A stretch of 63,184 nucleotides of DNA, filler included, from Octopus bimaculoides (Eukaryota): assembly GCF_001194135.2 (NCBI RefSeq). It is 5 parts of 4 records of this genome, joined end to end, with 100 filler letters (N's around TTAATTAATTAA, not from the genome) between each part and the next. Parts side by side here need not be neighbours in the genome. Positions count along the whole stretch, not along the records: positions 15,320 to 44,812 come from NC_068985.1; 4 more parts are not named here. One strand, 5' to 3'. This document shows, in pieces, positions 28,075-41,780 of the stretch. Under the pieces are notes generated by a model. That model had not been told where the DNA came from. It made no database searches and was given only the letters and a program-made list of their open reading frames with translations. Numbering within the stretch: the stretch's first letter is position 1; each line of letters opens with the position of its first letter. Made by a program: the position numbers and the translations under genes.

Positions 28075-28265
28075 AGACAACCCTTTTGGGGGAGACGATG
28101 AGTCAATTACATCGACCCCAGTGTTTCCCTGGTACTTAATTTATCGACCTCAAAAGGATGAAAGACAAAGTCGACCGTGACGCCATTTGAGCTCAGAATA
28201 TAATGACGGACCACATGCATTTAAGCTTTTTGCCCCGCATGCCAACAATTCTGCCAGCTCTCCAT
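28075..28265 (-). mobile_element. SINE family B copy
   Basis: Reverse complement of the 21142 unit (CATCGACCCCAGTG...GGTACTTAATTTATCGAC...AAAGGATGAAAGACAAAGTCGACC). Confidence 0.8.
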
Positions 28266-28319
28266 CTTATAAATATTATTATTATTATTATTATTATTAA
28301 TGATAATAATAATAATAAC

Positions 28320-28388
<69 letters not shown>

Positions 28389-30016
28389 TTAATAATCTAA
28401 TAATTTTTGCATTTTGTTGTTTTGATTGTATTCCATAACAAAACTTATATAGTTTCTTTTTTTACTTTGTCACATTCATCACATATTACATACCTGGCCC
28501 TGTAGGAATTCTTTTTTAATATCGTTTGATTGGCCTTCCCTTTGTATTGAAATCGAACTCATGGATATTTTCCAGACTGGAATCTCGTTTCAGTTTCTGT
28601 TTAAAATATGAGATGAAAGGTAACGCTCGAAAAACGCTGTGGCAAAAATGCGGGTTACTAACAGTATGATTCCTTTGATAATTTCATTGACCTATTCAAT
28701 ATATGTACGAACTGAAGTCAAATGTCCGTATTGATTGCTATCAAAGCTGCAGAAGCTTATATGCTTACCTAAAGTCTATTGGTTGGTTGCTGATTCATTG
28801 TCAGTGACGTTCAGTACAATAGTAAATGTAGATATTACACATAAACATGTACACACGCACGAATACACATGCTCACTATGTGTATACGTGTGTGTGTACG
28901 TATGTGTGTGTGAGTGTGCGTACATTATAGCAGACATGCATATGTGTGTATATTGTATGATATATATATATTCACGCAAATATATTATATAATTATTTAA
29001 GTTTAGATACATATATAATGTAAGTAAATTATTATATCTTGAGCCCTTGTGGCTAATAAATGAAATTATTATTATTTTATTTTTGCATTCAATAGTATAA
29101 TAGACACAGAAAAGTTTCCTGGAACGCTGTTTGGTATATTCTTGTGATTTTCAACCATTGCACCGCCGCACTGTTATTTTCTGTACATTACAGCATTAAG
29201 TGCAACTACTGCAATAGAAAATCAATAACAATTACGATGTTGTAACTGTGTACCATATCTTTTATATTCATCTATCATTTCTTCGATGTCGATTTTCCTT
29301 CTCTACAACATAAACTGAACTAATGCACAAACTCTGGAAAAGATCGATGCCGGAGCCTTTGCAATGTCGCAAAATATACCAGTCTTTGCAAACAAATCTC
29401 CTTTAAATTTCTTTAAATAGTCTTGTAAAGAAAGGATCTACTGGGTAATGCAATGCTAGAGTTATGTTGCCCAAATACAGGAGATTTTGCTCATAGCTGA
29501 ACTGCCTTTGATCAGTGGATTGCTCAAACTCAGACTAGATACATGTCGAGCAACTTCGCTACATGATTGTGTTCTAAAATATGACGAAACTAGTCTTGTG
29601 TTTCCTAATACGGTATATTGTTTCAGAAAATAAGCACACAAGTGGGCGCGTGCAAGATCATGTATTTGTACGTGTAATTGAAGCGCAATATGTAATATCT
29701 GTACTTGTAGTGCTTTTAACCGTATACTACGCGTAAGCAATACAATCTTCATATTATGCTCTCGGGTTGTTCTTCGCTATTTTCTTTCCTTACCATATTT
29801 CATTACCAATCTCTCTGGCTTGCTCACTTGGGGTGAATGTGTGATTTTCGAAACACCAGAATCATCGCATGACCCTCGGTAATATCAGTGGCGATGCACT
29901 CAGCTGCATCACACGATAATATATGTAAACAAAATAAATCAAAAGCTAATTCTTTACTCGGCGTTCGATATTTTCTAAAATAATGACATGCTGTTCATTT
30001 GTCTTTGCATTTTCAG

Positions 30017-30021
30017 ATCTT
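30017..30021 (+). other. Candidate 5-nt micro-exon (ATCTT)
   Basis: ttcatttgtctttgcattttcag|ATCTT|gtaagtatg: strong pyrimidine tract, UGC just upstream of the acceptor, consensus donor. No transcript evidence. Confidence 0.35.
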
Positions 30022-32224
30022 GTAAGTATGATAGATTATGAGAAGAAGGTTAGCTCATTTATTGTGCTATGTATTGATATAGTATAATGTCAACTTCCTC
30101 TTTGTACATTACCGTCCATTAAATGTTCGTTTGTATTCAACAAAAGTTTTTCTAAAAGAATGTTATTCATTGACCTTAATGTGGCAAACCACCATTCGAC
30201 TGTCGTCCACGCAAAAGTCTTGATATAATTATGTGCTTTATGCATATGGTCTCTTATCCTCAAACTCAATTCACTAGCATACTTCCTACTTCGGTTTTTC
30301 CCTCTCAACAATATTTTTCAATGCATATTAATGACTTGCCTGCAGACTCATCCACTTCTGCAGATACTACTATGCTTCATTCCTCATAAACTTTCGCAAC
30401 CAATCGTTATCCAGATGCAATCTAGGTACCTCACGCCTAACTTTCACTGAATCCCAGAATAGGTGCGACGGAGGTTTTGTATTTACTTCCTGACACGCGG
30501 ATTTCCTTCAACAGCACAAAATTTATTCACTCTACATACGAAATTAACAAAAAAAGAACCAACAATGTTAAACAGGAACATGTTGCAAACAGAATTTTCT
30601 CATTGTAGGAACAAATGTTAAGCCGCACTTTCTTTGAGGTTCTCACCTGGCAAGAGCATATTTTCCACACAGAGAAGTCAGCATCAGGTTCATAATTTAT
30701 TTATTTCTATGTGGTATATAAGCCTTAAAACAAATCTTTCAGAAAGTCAAAATAGCACATTGCTTCCATATCTAAAATGCTGTCGATGTTGCATACAAAA
30801 ATGTCAAAAGCTTTGTCCAGAAAGAGGCTACCAGTTTAATAGCATAAATTTGCTCACCAGAATAGAACGGCTTCACAGGGGACTGATAGGCAGAGAAATC
30901 TACTTCTTCGGTTGAAACCAGCCATATGCTGAGAACTTGAAAAATGTAGGATGCTGTTGAGAAAATAAAATATTGTAAATATCGTCGTCAAAATAACTAA
31001 ATAAATAAAAAGTGTAAAGCTGTGTTCGATTGAAGTTCTTTGCAGTATTTGTTCTTAAATAAGTTTCCCACACTCCATTATCTTTCATTCTCATAAATGC
31101 ATTGAACCAGTGATTGCTTCGTTGGAGACTTGTAAACAACGATGCTAATGTTCACCGATTTCAAGACAAAAATATAAATAAACGGAGCTCCTGTAATTTT
31201 TATGTAGCTGTGTATTTTGTCTCTTCTATTCTAAGACGATTCCCATTTGTCCTTTCCTCACATGGCTTCATTTATTTTGTCTTCCATTATAATATATGCC
31301 CATCCTCGTGATACCACAGATTTGGAGTTTTGTCGCTTGTTCACTAGATTATTTCCTAGGTTTTACAAACTTTTTCGACGTCATACATCATCTTTGCAAA
31401 TTTTTGTAAGATTTTGTCTAGAAGATTTTCTATTTGTATGGTTTCGGTATTTAATTCCGTCACATTTTTGTTGTTTATCGTCGAACATTTCATTTTATTC
31501 GAAATATCTTTATTTTTTCTCGAATCTCTGCATTTGCAAACATTCAACATTCACCAGCTGAATTAATATTTCTTTTCTGTTTTGCTTTTCTTGTTTACTC
31601 TTAAATTTAAGTCTTCCATATAACATTTTTTTTTTTGTTCTTCTCAATTGATATTTTTGTATTGCTGTTTGTTGTATATCATTTATTGTTTTCAATACGT
31701 TTTCTCTTTCTATAGATTAGCTGTTGAAACTTGTTTCCAGGCTAATTCTATTGTATGCTTTCGTGTTTTCACTCAAATTTTTACACTAGCAGTTTTAGTA
31801 ACTAAAAACTGTGTGGCATACATTAGTAGGATTATAAACGTTATATCCATATAATCTATTCTAAGTGCAGTGTAATTATTTCTAATGTCGAAATACTTAG
31901 GCAATTGAGGGGGTTATTTTCATATAAGATATCCTGCCGGTTTCGATTATATTTTCAAATAATACAAAATATATTCTAGTTTTACTTTTGCTGTTGTTAA
32001 GAAATAAAAATTTTAACTCTTTGTGTAATAATTTTTGTGATTGCTTTCACGGCTCAGGGCAACATAGCTTTTATGTATCTTGGGAATTGGCAGTATAGTT
32101 TTACTTTTGCTTTTATCAATAATATTTAAATTATTCTACAAATAGTAACTTGTAACTTTATTCATTCGTCTTACACTATATATACCTCTAAGTCTTAAGG
32201 CGGTTTTGGTTATATATCTATCTT

Positions 32225-32411
32225 TTTTTCTTTTACTTGTTTCAGCCATTGGACTGCAGTCATAATGGGTCACCAACTTGAACACTATAGTCTCCTGTTC
32301 TTATTTTATTTAAGTCCGGCGCTTACTCGATCGGTGCTTTTAACAGAAAGCTACGTTTCGAGGACGGAAGCAAACCAACATTTGTCAAGTAATGGCTGAC
32401 TAAAAAACACA

Positions 32412-32468
<57 letters not shown>

Positions 32469-32600
32469 ATAACAAACACACTGGCACGACGGGCTTAGAC
32501 ACAGATTCCGTCTACTAAATTACTTCAAAATATATTAATCAACATTGCGTCATAGTAGAGGACATTTGCCCAATTTGCGTCACACTGGAAACGAACTTAT
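32225..32600 (-). mobile_element. Old SINE family A copy, reverse orientation
   Basis: Reverse-complement tail (CTTTTACTTGTTTCAGCCATTGGACTGCAG), (CA)n, and a degenerate core. Confidence 0.6.
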
Positions 32601-34009
32601 AACTACACAATTGCAAAGTAGTTATGGGAATGTTTCTATTCATGTCTATTTCTAGACTTTCATAGTTTTATAGTTGCTTGTTTATTTCTTTTCCAAGGAC
32701 ACAGTCATCTAGTGAGACCGATACATCAATCATGTGACACGCATTAAGATCTTCAATGGTAAAAATAAGTGGTCCACTTCCCCTGATTTACGCGGTGTGT
32801 GTGTGAACTAGCATATCCACAAATTAAGGTAACTTTATCATAGTCTGAAATCTTCACAGTTGTAGGATTGTACCACTTCCTTCCTGTTGGTATTGATAAT
32901 GCGATAATAACTGTATTTATATATATTTTTTTCGTTTAATTGAAACTGGATAAGAAAACAAAACGTAATTGTCTTTACACAACTAGCACATATTTACCCG
33001 TTACATTCTCTGTAATTTACTTCAGTTTATACATTTGATAGACACTAGTAGATGCTGATAAGAAAAATTACGTTTTACTCGTTATTTAAAAAAGAAACCA
33101 TCAGTCTCAGATTTGAGTTGTGCGTTTCTCAGCAGGAGCCGAGATTTTTCTTTATGCCGATTTCGTTTCTTTAGTTTTTTTTCATGTATTGGGACATGTT
33201 AGGTCATTACTCATGTTCGGCAAAACATATTTTGTAATCCCATTTTTAATCTAATAGTTTAGTATTTAATCTATTTCTGCTGTTGTTTCTCCATTTTTCT
33301 CGTAACTGTAGTACTTCAAACTCAGTTATTTATGTGCTGGTTTCTATAAAGATAGAAAACAGTGCTTCATTTGCTTCGTGTTTTTGTAGATATCTTTATT
33401 AGTTTCCCCACTACTCTTCATTAGAAATGTATGCTTTACTACAAAAATAGGTATGATATTTTTCTAGATGCTGAAGTTCTCTACTGGTATATAGTCAGGA
33501 TAGGTATAATATAAATCTGTCCGGTACTGGATGGAGTGTTTTAAATACAATAATAATTTCTTTTACCTTTCCTGTTTGGCCTTGTTAATTCGCTTAGAGT
33601 CCAGTTTCTAGTTTCCAGTATAGAGTCTCATATAGAAACTATAACTTATTTCTGAAACTGTTAGATCACTGTTGTGTATTAACTTATCTTTTCCTTGTAG
33701 CTCTAAATTATATATCGATCTTATTTTTCTACAATGATCTTTCTAAAACTTCCTTTTGAAATGAGTGTTTTCTATTGTTTTGAGTTCATTAAATGTTAAG
33801 TATTTGTGCGTCTCTATTTAGTACAATATTCTTATCTCTTGTGCTTTATTAAACATGATAATAGCGGTGGTTATTAATTTTACTCACTTCACGTTTACCT
33901 CGGTTCATTTTGATAAATCGAATTTCATATCCAATTACTCTAGAAATTTGTGTACTCTCAGTAACATTCCTTCTAGTTGTTTATTGATCTTCTGCATAAA
34001 ACTTGTGGT

Positions 34010-34069
<60 letters not shown>

Positions 34070-34879
34070 NNNNNNNNNNNNNNNNNNNNNNNNNNNNNNN
34101 NNNNNNNNNNNNNNNNNNNNNNNNNNNNNNNNNNNNNNNNNNNNNNNNNNNNNNNNNNNNNNNNNNNNNNNNNNNNNNNNNNNNNNNNNNNNNNNNNNNN
34201 NNNNNNNNNNNNNNNNNNNNNNNNNNNNNNNNNNNNNNNNNNNNNNNNNNNNNNNNNNNNNNNNNNNNNNNNNNNNNNNNNNNNNNNNNNNNNNNNNNNN
34301 NNNNNNNNNNNNNNNNNNNNNNNNNNNNNNNNNNNNNNNNNNNNNNNNNNNNNNNNNNNNNNNNNNNNNNNNNNNNNNNNNNNNNNNNNNNNNNNNNNNN
34401 NNNNNNNNNNNNNNNNNNNNNNNNNNNNNNNNNNNNNNNNNNNNNNNNNNNNNNNNNNNNNNNNNNNNNNNNNNNNNNNNNNNNNNNNNNNNNNNNNNNN
34501 NNNNNNNNNNNNNNNNNNNNNNNNNNNNNNNNNNNNNNNNNNNNNNNNNNNNNNNNNNNNNNNNNNNNNNNNNNNNNNNNNNNNNNNNNNNNNNNNNNNN
34601 NNNNNNNNNNNNNNNNNNNNNNNNNNNNNNNNNNNNNNNNNNNNNNNNNNNNNNNNACCAAAAGTTGGCTGATTGCGCACCCATAACACTTTTACACAAG
34701 ATCCGTAGTGTCTGATAGTGCTTAATGCTGTCATTTAACCTCATGTCAATCCTAGACCAGCAAACATATTTCATTAGTGAAAGGCGTTAACACGAGTCAG
34801 AAAATGTGTGGAAAGAAGGAATATTTTTTGAATATTTATCTTTGTATAGGAATGGACATCCCTTTCATAATTGTTATTG

Positions 34880-35060
34880 GTTTGTATCTGCAGCACCGTC
34901 CGCCATCTATTCATGGCTGTTTTTAGAAAAATCCTGAGAAAAGAATGCTATCAAAAGTCTTCTGGTAGTTAACCGATTCCATGCCCAGACCCTTCTCCTT
35001 TCTGCAAATCTTGGACAGTGGCTTTGTGATCCATCTCAGTCTTCCCTGCATCTCTTTGAT
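34880..35060 (-). mobile_element. Old non-LTR reverse-transcriptase fragment
   Basis: Minus-strand peptide KEKGLGMESVNYQKTFDSIL resembles the RT motif (W)IDYxKAFDSV. Confidence 0.5.
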
Positions 35061-37147
35061 CTGAAATTTATTTCAATGTTTCGTGGTAATCACTTTTCTC
35101 TTCCGTATTATTGCACTTAAACCGTAGACTGGCGTAGAGTATAATGGCATTGAATGGTGTTGAATTTTGCGATTAAAAATTCTAACATATCCTCCACGCC
35201 ACAAGGCCATTCTAGTGCTACTTTCAGCTCTTTCTACGGGCTTTTACTTAATGCTATTATACCATTTTGTGTAGGGAATGATAATATGAATTGTACTGTG
35301 TGAATTGTTTATATGAATGGGTTAACGTTATGAGGGATATGAATCATTAGCGTTGGTTTTAGATTATATAATGTAAGTGCGGTATTCCTATGTTTCTCGG
35401 AACCATTAGAACTTCGGTCAAAAGATATTTCGGTGTTCCTTAGAACATTTTGTGTTCTGAGTTTTAAACATACCGTCGTCAATTATTCTCCTTTCAACTT
35501 TACGTGGTCGATAAAATGTATTGCGACTGAAGTCGTGGAGTCGATGTAATCGAACAACACCATCAGTCCAGCTTCTGGGGCTTCTGACTGAATTTAGAAA
35601 CAGTTATTTTAAGTATATTCTTTTGTTCGTTTGGCATTACTTGAGGGAGGTGTAACTGCGAATCGTTGTATGACGAATGATTATTATAAAGGCTTTGATG
35701 TTAATCGGTAACTTTAGCTAGGGGTGATATCTTCCTATCCTACCATGTTTATAGATGAATGAAGACAACCTTCTTAAGAATGTCTTCTCCGAAGTGCACT
35801 TCATTCTTTTCCTGCTTCTCCAGTAAATTTTACAAACTTCACCATCACTTCCAAAAATACGAACAATACGTAACTGCTCTATTGTGGAGTCTTAGAGAAT
35901 GAAAGAAACTAATGATCAGAGTAGCAAAAGTAGAGGGTCAAATGTTGCTAACCTTACTAGAAACAGCAGTAAAATCACTAGCACGCAAATTGTTGTATGT
36001 CGCCTATGAAATGAACCCGATGGCAAAGAAATAACTGATCTGCTTTTAATCAAAGTCTACGCTTACCACGAATGACGTGGCATTAAACAACAATATTGGC
36101 ATTATATTAGGAAACCTTCTTCATTTAAGCTTGTTTTTAATGTTCATACACAGACAGACACACACACATACATATATATACATTTTAGTTTTGTATTCCA
36201 AGGACTCTCCTGAGAGTGATGGTCAAGATACATTATAATATTTTATTATTTCTTCTTTATATACCGAGGTTAAGAAGTTGTCATTTATCCTATCAGTTTC
36301 AACAAAATAAGTACACTGTACGTGCTGATGTAGGTGTCATCCACTGAATCCACCCAGGAAATTTGTGGATATTTTTTTCTTACAACTATCAATATATGTA
36401 TATGTAAAATAAGGCTGTGAACTGGCAAAATAATTTACACGTTCAAATTCCAACATTTATCATTTAGAGGTCGATAAAATAAGTACCAGTTGAGCACTGG
36501 GGTCGACTTACCCTCTACGCACGAAAGTGATGGCCTTGTGCCAAAATTTGAAATTAATATATGTCTGTGAAAATGCGTAGATATAATTACTTCAGTTTGT
36601 TTGTGTCTATATATGTTCGAATACTTCTGTTTATGTGTGTATAAACCTATGTATAGTACCAGGGGTGTAGAGCTCAAAATATATTAATAAGATTGTTTTT
36701 TTCCTTAACTGATATGGTATGATAACAGATGAATGAGTTTCGTGTTCCCACGTTACGTTCCATTTCATACCTCAAGAAAGAGAAAATACATAAAAGGAAC
36801 AAAAAATGTAAAAGTAGATGTTGATAACGAATAAAGTAAAAGAAATGAAGGGATCACATTTAAAAGATAGTGAAGATTTTAGCTTTAGCAGAATAATTTT
36901 CAAAGGGTTAAAATTAGCTATGATCAGAATCTATCGAAAAAGAAGAAATATACCGATAACAGAAGTATTGTTTGGCCTAGAGGCAGAAAATGAACGATAA
37001 GTTGAGTCTCATCTCATGTATCATTCGTTTTCAAGTGAATTTGTGATCATTGGGTGCTTCTTTCTTCATTTTCTACAATTTTCAAGCGTTTTATCTATTA
37101 GATACACTCACTTACGCTCTCTCTCTCTCTTTGTTTGTTTCTTTCCA

Positions 37148-37192
<45 letters not shown>

Positions 37193-37206
37193 TGTGTGTG
37201 TTTGTG

Positions 37207-37247
<41 letters not shown>

Positions 37248-38108
37248 GCCTGTGCGTGTGTCTGTGTGGCAGCTTGTATGTGTTTGTTGGTCTGTATGGT
37301 CGCATGTATGTATATATGCATATTACATGCATTGCAAACATATCCGTTAGGAAGCTAATGAAAATTGGCATAAAAAAGTTAATCTACAGATAAATGAATA
37401 TGATACGACACACATAAACACACTTGTACATACATACATACATACATAAATGCATACATACATATATACATGCATACATACGTACATATACATACATACA
37501 TACATACATACATACATACATACGTACATACGCACACACAATATACAAACATATGTGGGGGTGGGGGTGCTCTTGCGTGTGAGTGTCTGTATGCGCTTCA
37601 TTATATGGCTTACAAAACAACATACATATAGTTTCTACATATGTTTGTATATATTTGTGTATGTACATATAGTATATGCACTCGAATGTGAGCGTGGGTT
37701 CGTATCCCATTTCTGACATATAATTAATTGAGTCAAGCGTGGATGGTTTATAAGAAAAGGTGCGTATATATATATATATATTTGTACCTATGTATATAAA
37801 CATAGATACGTGTGTGTGCCTGTGTATATATTAATATATATGTACATAAATACTATATAGAATAGAGGTGCCCAAGCATGGCCTCAAACTTTGGGCTGAA
37901 ACGCATAAAAGAATAAAAGAATATATATATTTGGTCAGCTTGTAAGTATGTCTAAATTCTGTATTTTCTGTTTCCTTTCCATTTTTCTTTTTCTAGCTCC
38001 CCCTCTTTCACATTTCTTGGCATTCTCTTTCTTTAGTCTCTCTACTTTCTTCTATCTCCTTTGTACCTTTCCCTCTTCCCCTTCCTTTCTCTCTCTCTCT
38101 CTCTCTCA

Positions 38109-38170
<62 letters not shown>

Positions 38171-39702
38171 NNNNNNNNNNNNNNNNNNNNNNNNNNNNNN
38201 NNNNNNNNNNNNNNNNNNNNNNNNNNNNNNNNNNNNNNNNNNNNNNNNNNNNNNNNNNNNNNNNNNNNNNNNNNNNNNNNNNNNNNNNNNNNNNNNNNNN
38301 NNNNNNNNNNNNNNNNNNNNNNNNNNNNNNNNNNNNNNNNNNNNNNNNNNNNNNNNNNNNNNNNNNNNNNNNNNNNNNNNNNNNNNNNNNNNNNNNNNNN
38401 NNNNNNNNNNNNNNNNNNNNNNNNNNNNNNNNNNNNNNNNNNNNNNNNNNNNNNNNNNNNNNNNNNNNNNNNNNNNNNNNNNNNNNNNNNNNNNNNNNNN
38501 NNNNNNNNNNNNNNNNNNNNNNNNNNNNNNNNNNNNNNNNNNNNNNNNNNNNNNNNNNNNNNNNNNNNNNNNNNNNNNNNNNNNNNNNNNNNNNNNNNNN
38601 NNNNNNNNNNNNNNNNNNNNNNNNNNNNNNNNNNNNNNNNNNNNNNNNNNNNNNNNNNNNNNNNNNNNNNNNNNNNNNNNNNNNNNNNNNNNNNNNNNNN
38701 NNNNNNNNNNNNNNNNNNNNNNNNNNNNNNNNNNNNNNNNNNNNNNNNNNNNNNNNNNNNNNNNNNNNNNNNNNNNNNNNNNNNNNNNNNNNNNNNNNNN
38801 NNNNNNNNNNNNNNNNNNNNNNNNNNNNNNNNNNNNNNNNNNNNNNNNNNNNNNNNNNNNNNNNNNNNNNNNNNNNNNNNNNNNNNNNNNNNNNNNNNNN
38901 NNNNNNNNNNNNNNNNNNNNNNNNNNNNNNNNNNNNNNNNNNNNNNNNNNNNNNNNNNNNNNNNNNNNNNNNNNNNNNNNNNNNNNNNNNNNNNNNNNNN
39001 NNNNNNNNNNNNNNNNNNNNNNNNNNNNNNNNNNNNNNNNNNNNNNNNNNNNNNNNNNNNNNNNNNNNNNNNNNNNNNNNNNNNNNNNNNNNNNNNNNNN
39101 NNNNNNNNNNNNNNNNNACATGCACTAATATGTATTTCTCTGGTTAAAATTTCCTTTCATGTGAATTTGTGCGTGTGTGTTTGTGTATGTTCAGCACATA
39201 TATTTCCATACATTAAGGACACGACTAAATTCTTGTTACTTTTATTAATTTTTTCATATTTTCTTATGAAACCCTTATGTATGGTTGAGATTACTGTTCT
39301 TTGTAACATTATTGACATTTTATAGACATCATTTTAGGATATGTAATGATATTGGCAAGTGTAACTCTCTATTTCATTGTAGGTGAATACAATTTATGCA
39401 AATTGTAAAGCCAGAGTTTGAATTATGGCCACTTATTAACCTAACGTCAATCAAGAGTATAATTTGTTTGTAACCTGTGTATAGTGAGGTAGCGCAACAA
39501 GATGTTATTATAAACACTTCCATCATTACTCTTCTAATTTCCCGACGCAGTCTAAATACTATGAATGTCTTCTCTACTAACGTTTTTTCTTCTTAATTTT
39601 GAGTTGTGTAACATGCTCTGCTGCAGTTGATCCTTTTCGCAAGAGTTGTAAATCTATGAACGCGATAAATGCTTGAAGCTTAAATTTTACAATATTCACG
39701 TC

Positions 39703-39782
<80 letters not shown>

Positions 39783-39791
39783 TGTGTGTGT

Positions 39792-39829
<38 letters not shown>

Positions 39830-40560
39830 CAGGGGTTGGACAAAATAATAGAAACACCTCAAAATTTCAAACAAATTTATTCTAATATGGGGTAAGACCG
39901 CCTTTGGCAGTAATTACAGCTTGAATTCTACGAAGTATGGACTCGTACGAAGTTTGAATTGTTTCCAAAGGACTGTTTGTCGATTCATCAGCTAATACAG
40001 TCTCCAGTTCTTGTAGTGATGATGGTGGAGGACATCGACTCTTTATAGTTTTTTTCTAAAATACACCATAAATGTTTAATAATATTGAGATCTGGTGGAC
40101 TGTAATGGTCAGATAAGATGTTCGACTTCACTAAAATGTTCCTCGTGCTCAGCACTGGCGATCCGGGATTTAGCGTGCCAGAGCTGAGAGATTTGAAAAT
40201 AACCACAATGTAATTGGTAGAACTATACGCACGGCAAACTTTATGAAGACAACTCGTGCATAGTTGTTCAAATTATATTGAATTAGAACGGTCGTACTGA
40301 CGATCCACGGACGCTTTTACGTAAGTAAAAAAAAGAGTTAATGGCGAAACCTGGTCTACGATTAATTCTTTATTTTGTATATTTTCATTTGTCTTGCCCG
40401 CTTATGTTCTGGTGCTTGCTGAATTTTTTCTGGAGAACATTCTTTTCTTTGCGGTTAGATCGTAGGTGATCTTTTTCTATAATATGGGATGTCCACTTAG
40501 TGGTCATCCCTTCTTATACGCATGTAATATAATTTTTCTGAATTTTTAGATTTTTTTTAT
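39830..40560 (-). mobile_element. Tc1-like transposon remnant
   Basis: Terminal CAGGGGTTGGACAAAATAATAGAAACACC at 39830. Minus-strand peptide SPPDLNIIKHLW resembles the Tc1 SPDLNxIEHLW motif. Right boundary approximate. Confidence 0.7.
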
Positions 40561-41729
40561 ATGCTAGGCCACTCTTTTCAAATTGATGTTAATTAAATTA
40601 ATATTNNNNNNNNNNNNNNNNNNNNNNNNNNNNNNNNNNNNNNNNNNNNNNNNNNNNNNNNNNNNNNNNNNNNNNNNNNNNNNNNNNNNNNNNNNNNNNN
40701 NNNNNNNNNNNNNNNNNNNNNNNNNNNNNNNNNNNNNNNNNNNNNNNNNNNNNNNNNNNNNNNNNNNNNNNNNNNNNNNNNNNNNNNNNNNNNNNNNNNN
40801 NNNNNNNNNNNNNNNNNNNNNNNNNNNNNNNNNNNNNNNNNNATATATATATATATATATATTCCATAATAAAATCGTGAAACAGTGAGTGAAATAAACA
40901 AGCTTATAATTATTTCCAATTATTTCCATCAATGATTCACGCTTCTGATCGAACTTATCAGCTGCCGGTAAGTGCTAACAGTTAAAATACCTTGATAATT
41001 TTTTTCTGTTTAAGAGAATCCGATTCTCTTAGTTCAGAGTTGTCTCTCTTTGATAATTAATGATGAAGGGAATGTAATTTCATCGAAATGTATGAATCGA
41101 TAAATACACCTGAAGGCGCTTCGCACGGACGTGGTGTCTTTACACTTTTCTGTCTGCAGCGAGATTATTTTTCTATGAAAAAGTACAGTGAAGACTTTTC
41201 TTAAAGGCTCAAATACCTCTCAATTACATTTGAACATGTTAGAAGTTTGTATACACATACATACATACATACATACATACATACATACATGCATACATAC
41301 GTGCATGTGTGCATGCGTTCGTGGGCGCGCGCGCGTGTGAAAACTCCATTCTGTCTCAAATAAAAGTATAAGAATTCGACGTATCATGTGTAGTTTCCAT
41401 TTGAGGCCAAAAGTTACTGAATTGTACGAATTGCTCGGAGATCCATGAGCATATCAAACGACGAGAACTCCGAGTAACTCGCGTGTAAGGCACCATCAGC
41501 TCAGCTGCACACTCACTCTCATGAGTGCATCTACACATGTATCTATATATTTGTATATATACATATGTAAGTGTGCGTGTATGTGTGTGTGTGCGTGTGT
41601 GTGTGTATCTGCATGTGTCTATATACGTATGTATGTATGTATGAATGTATGCATTCACGCAAATATGTATGTGAATAAATATACTTTTATATATTTGTGT
41701 GTATATATGTGTTTGTACACGCACGGATA

Positions 41730-41780
<51 letters not shown>

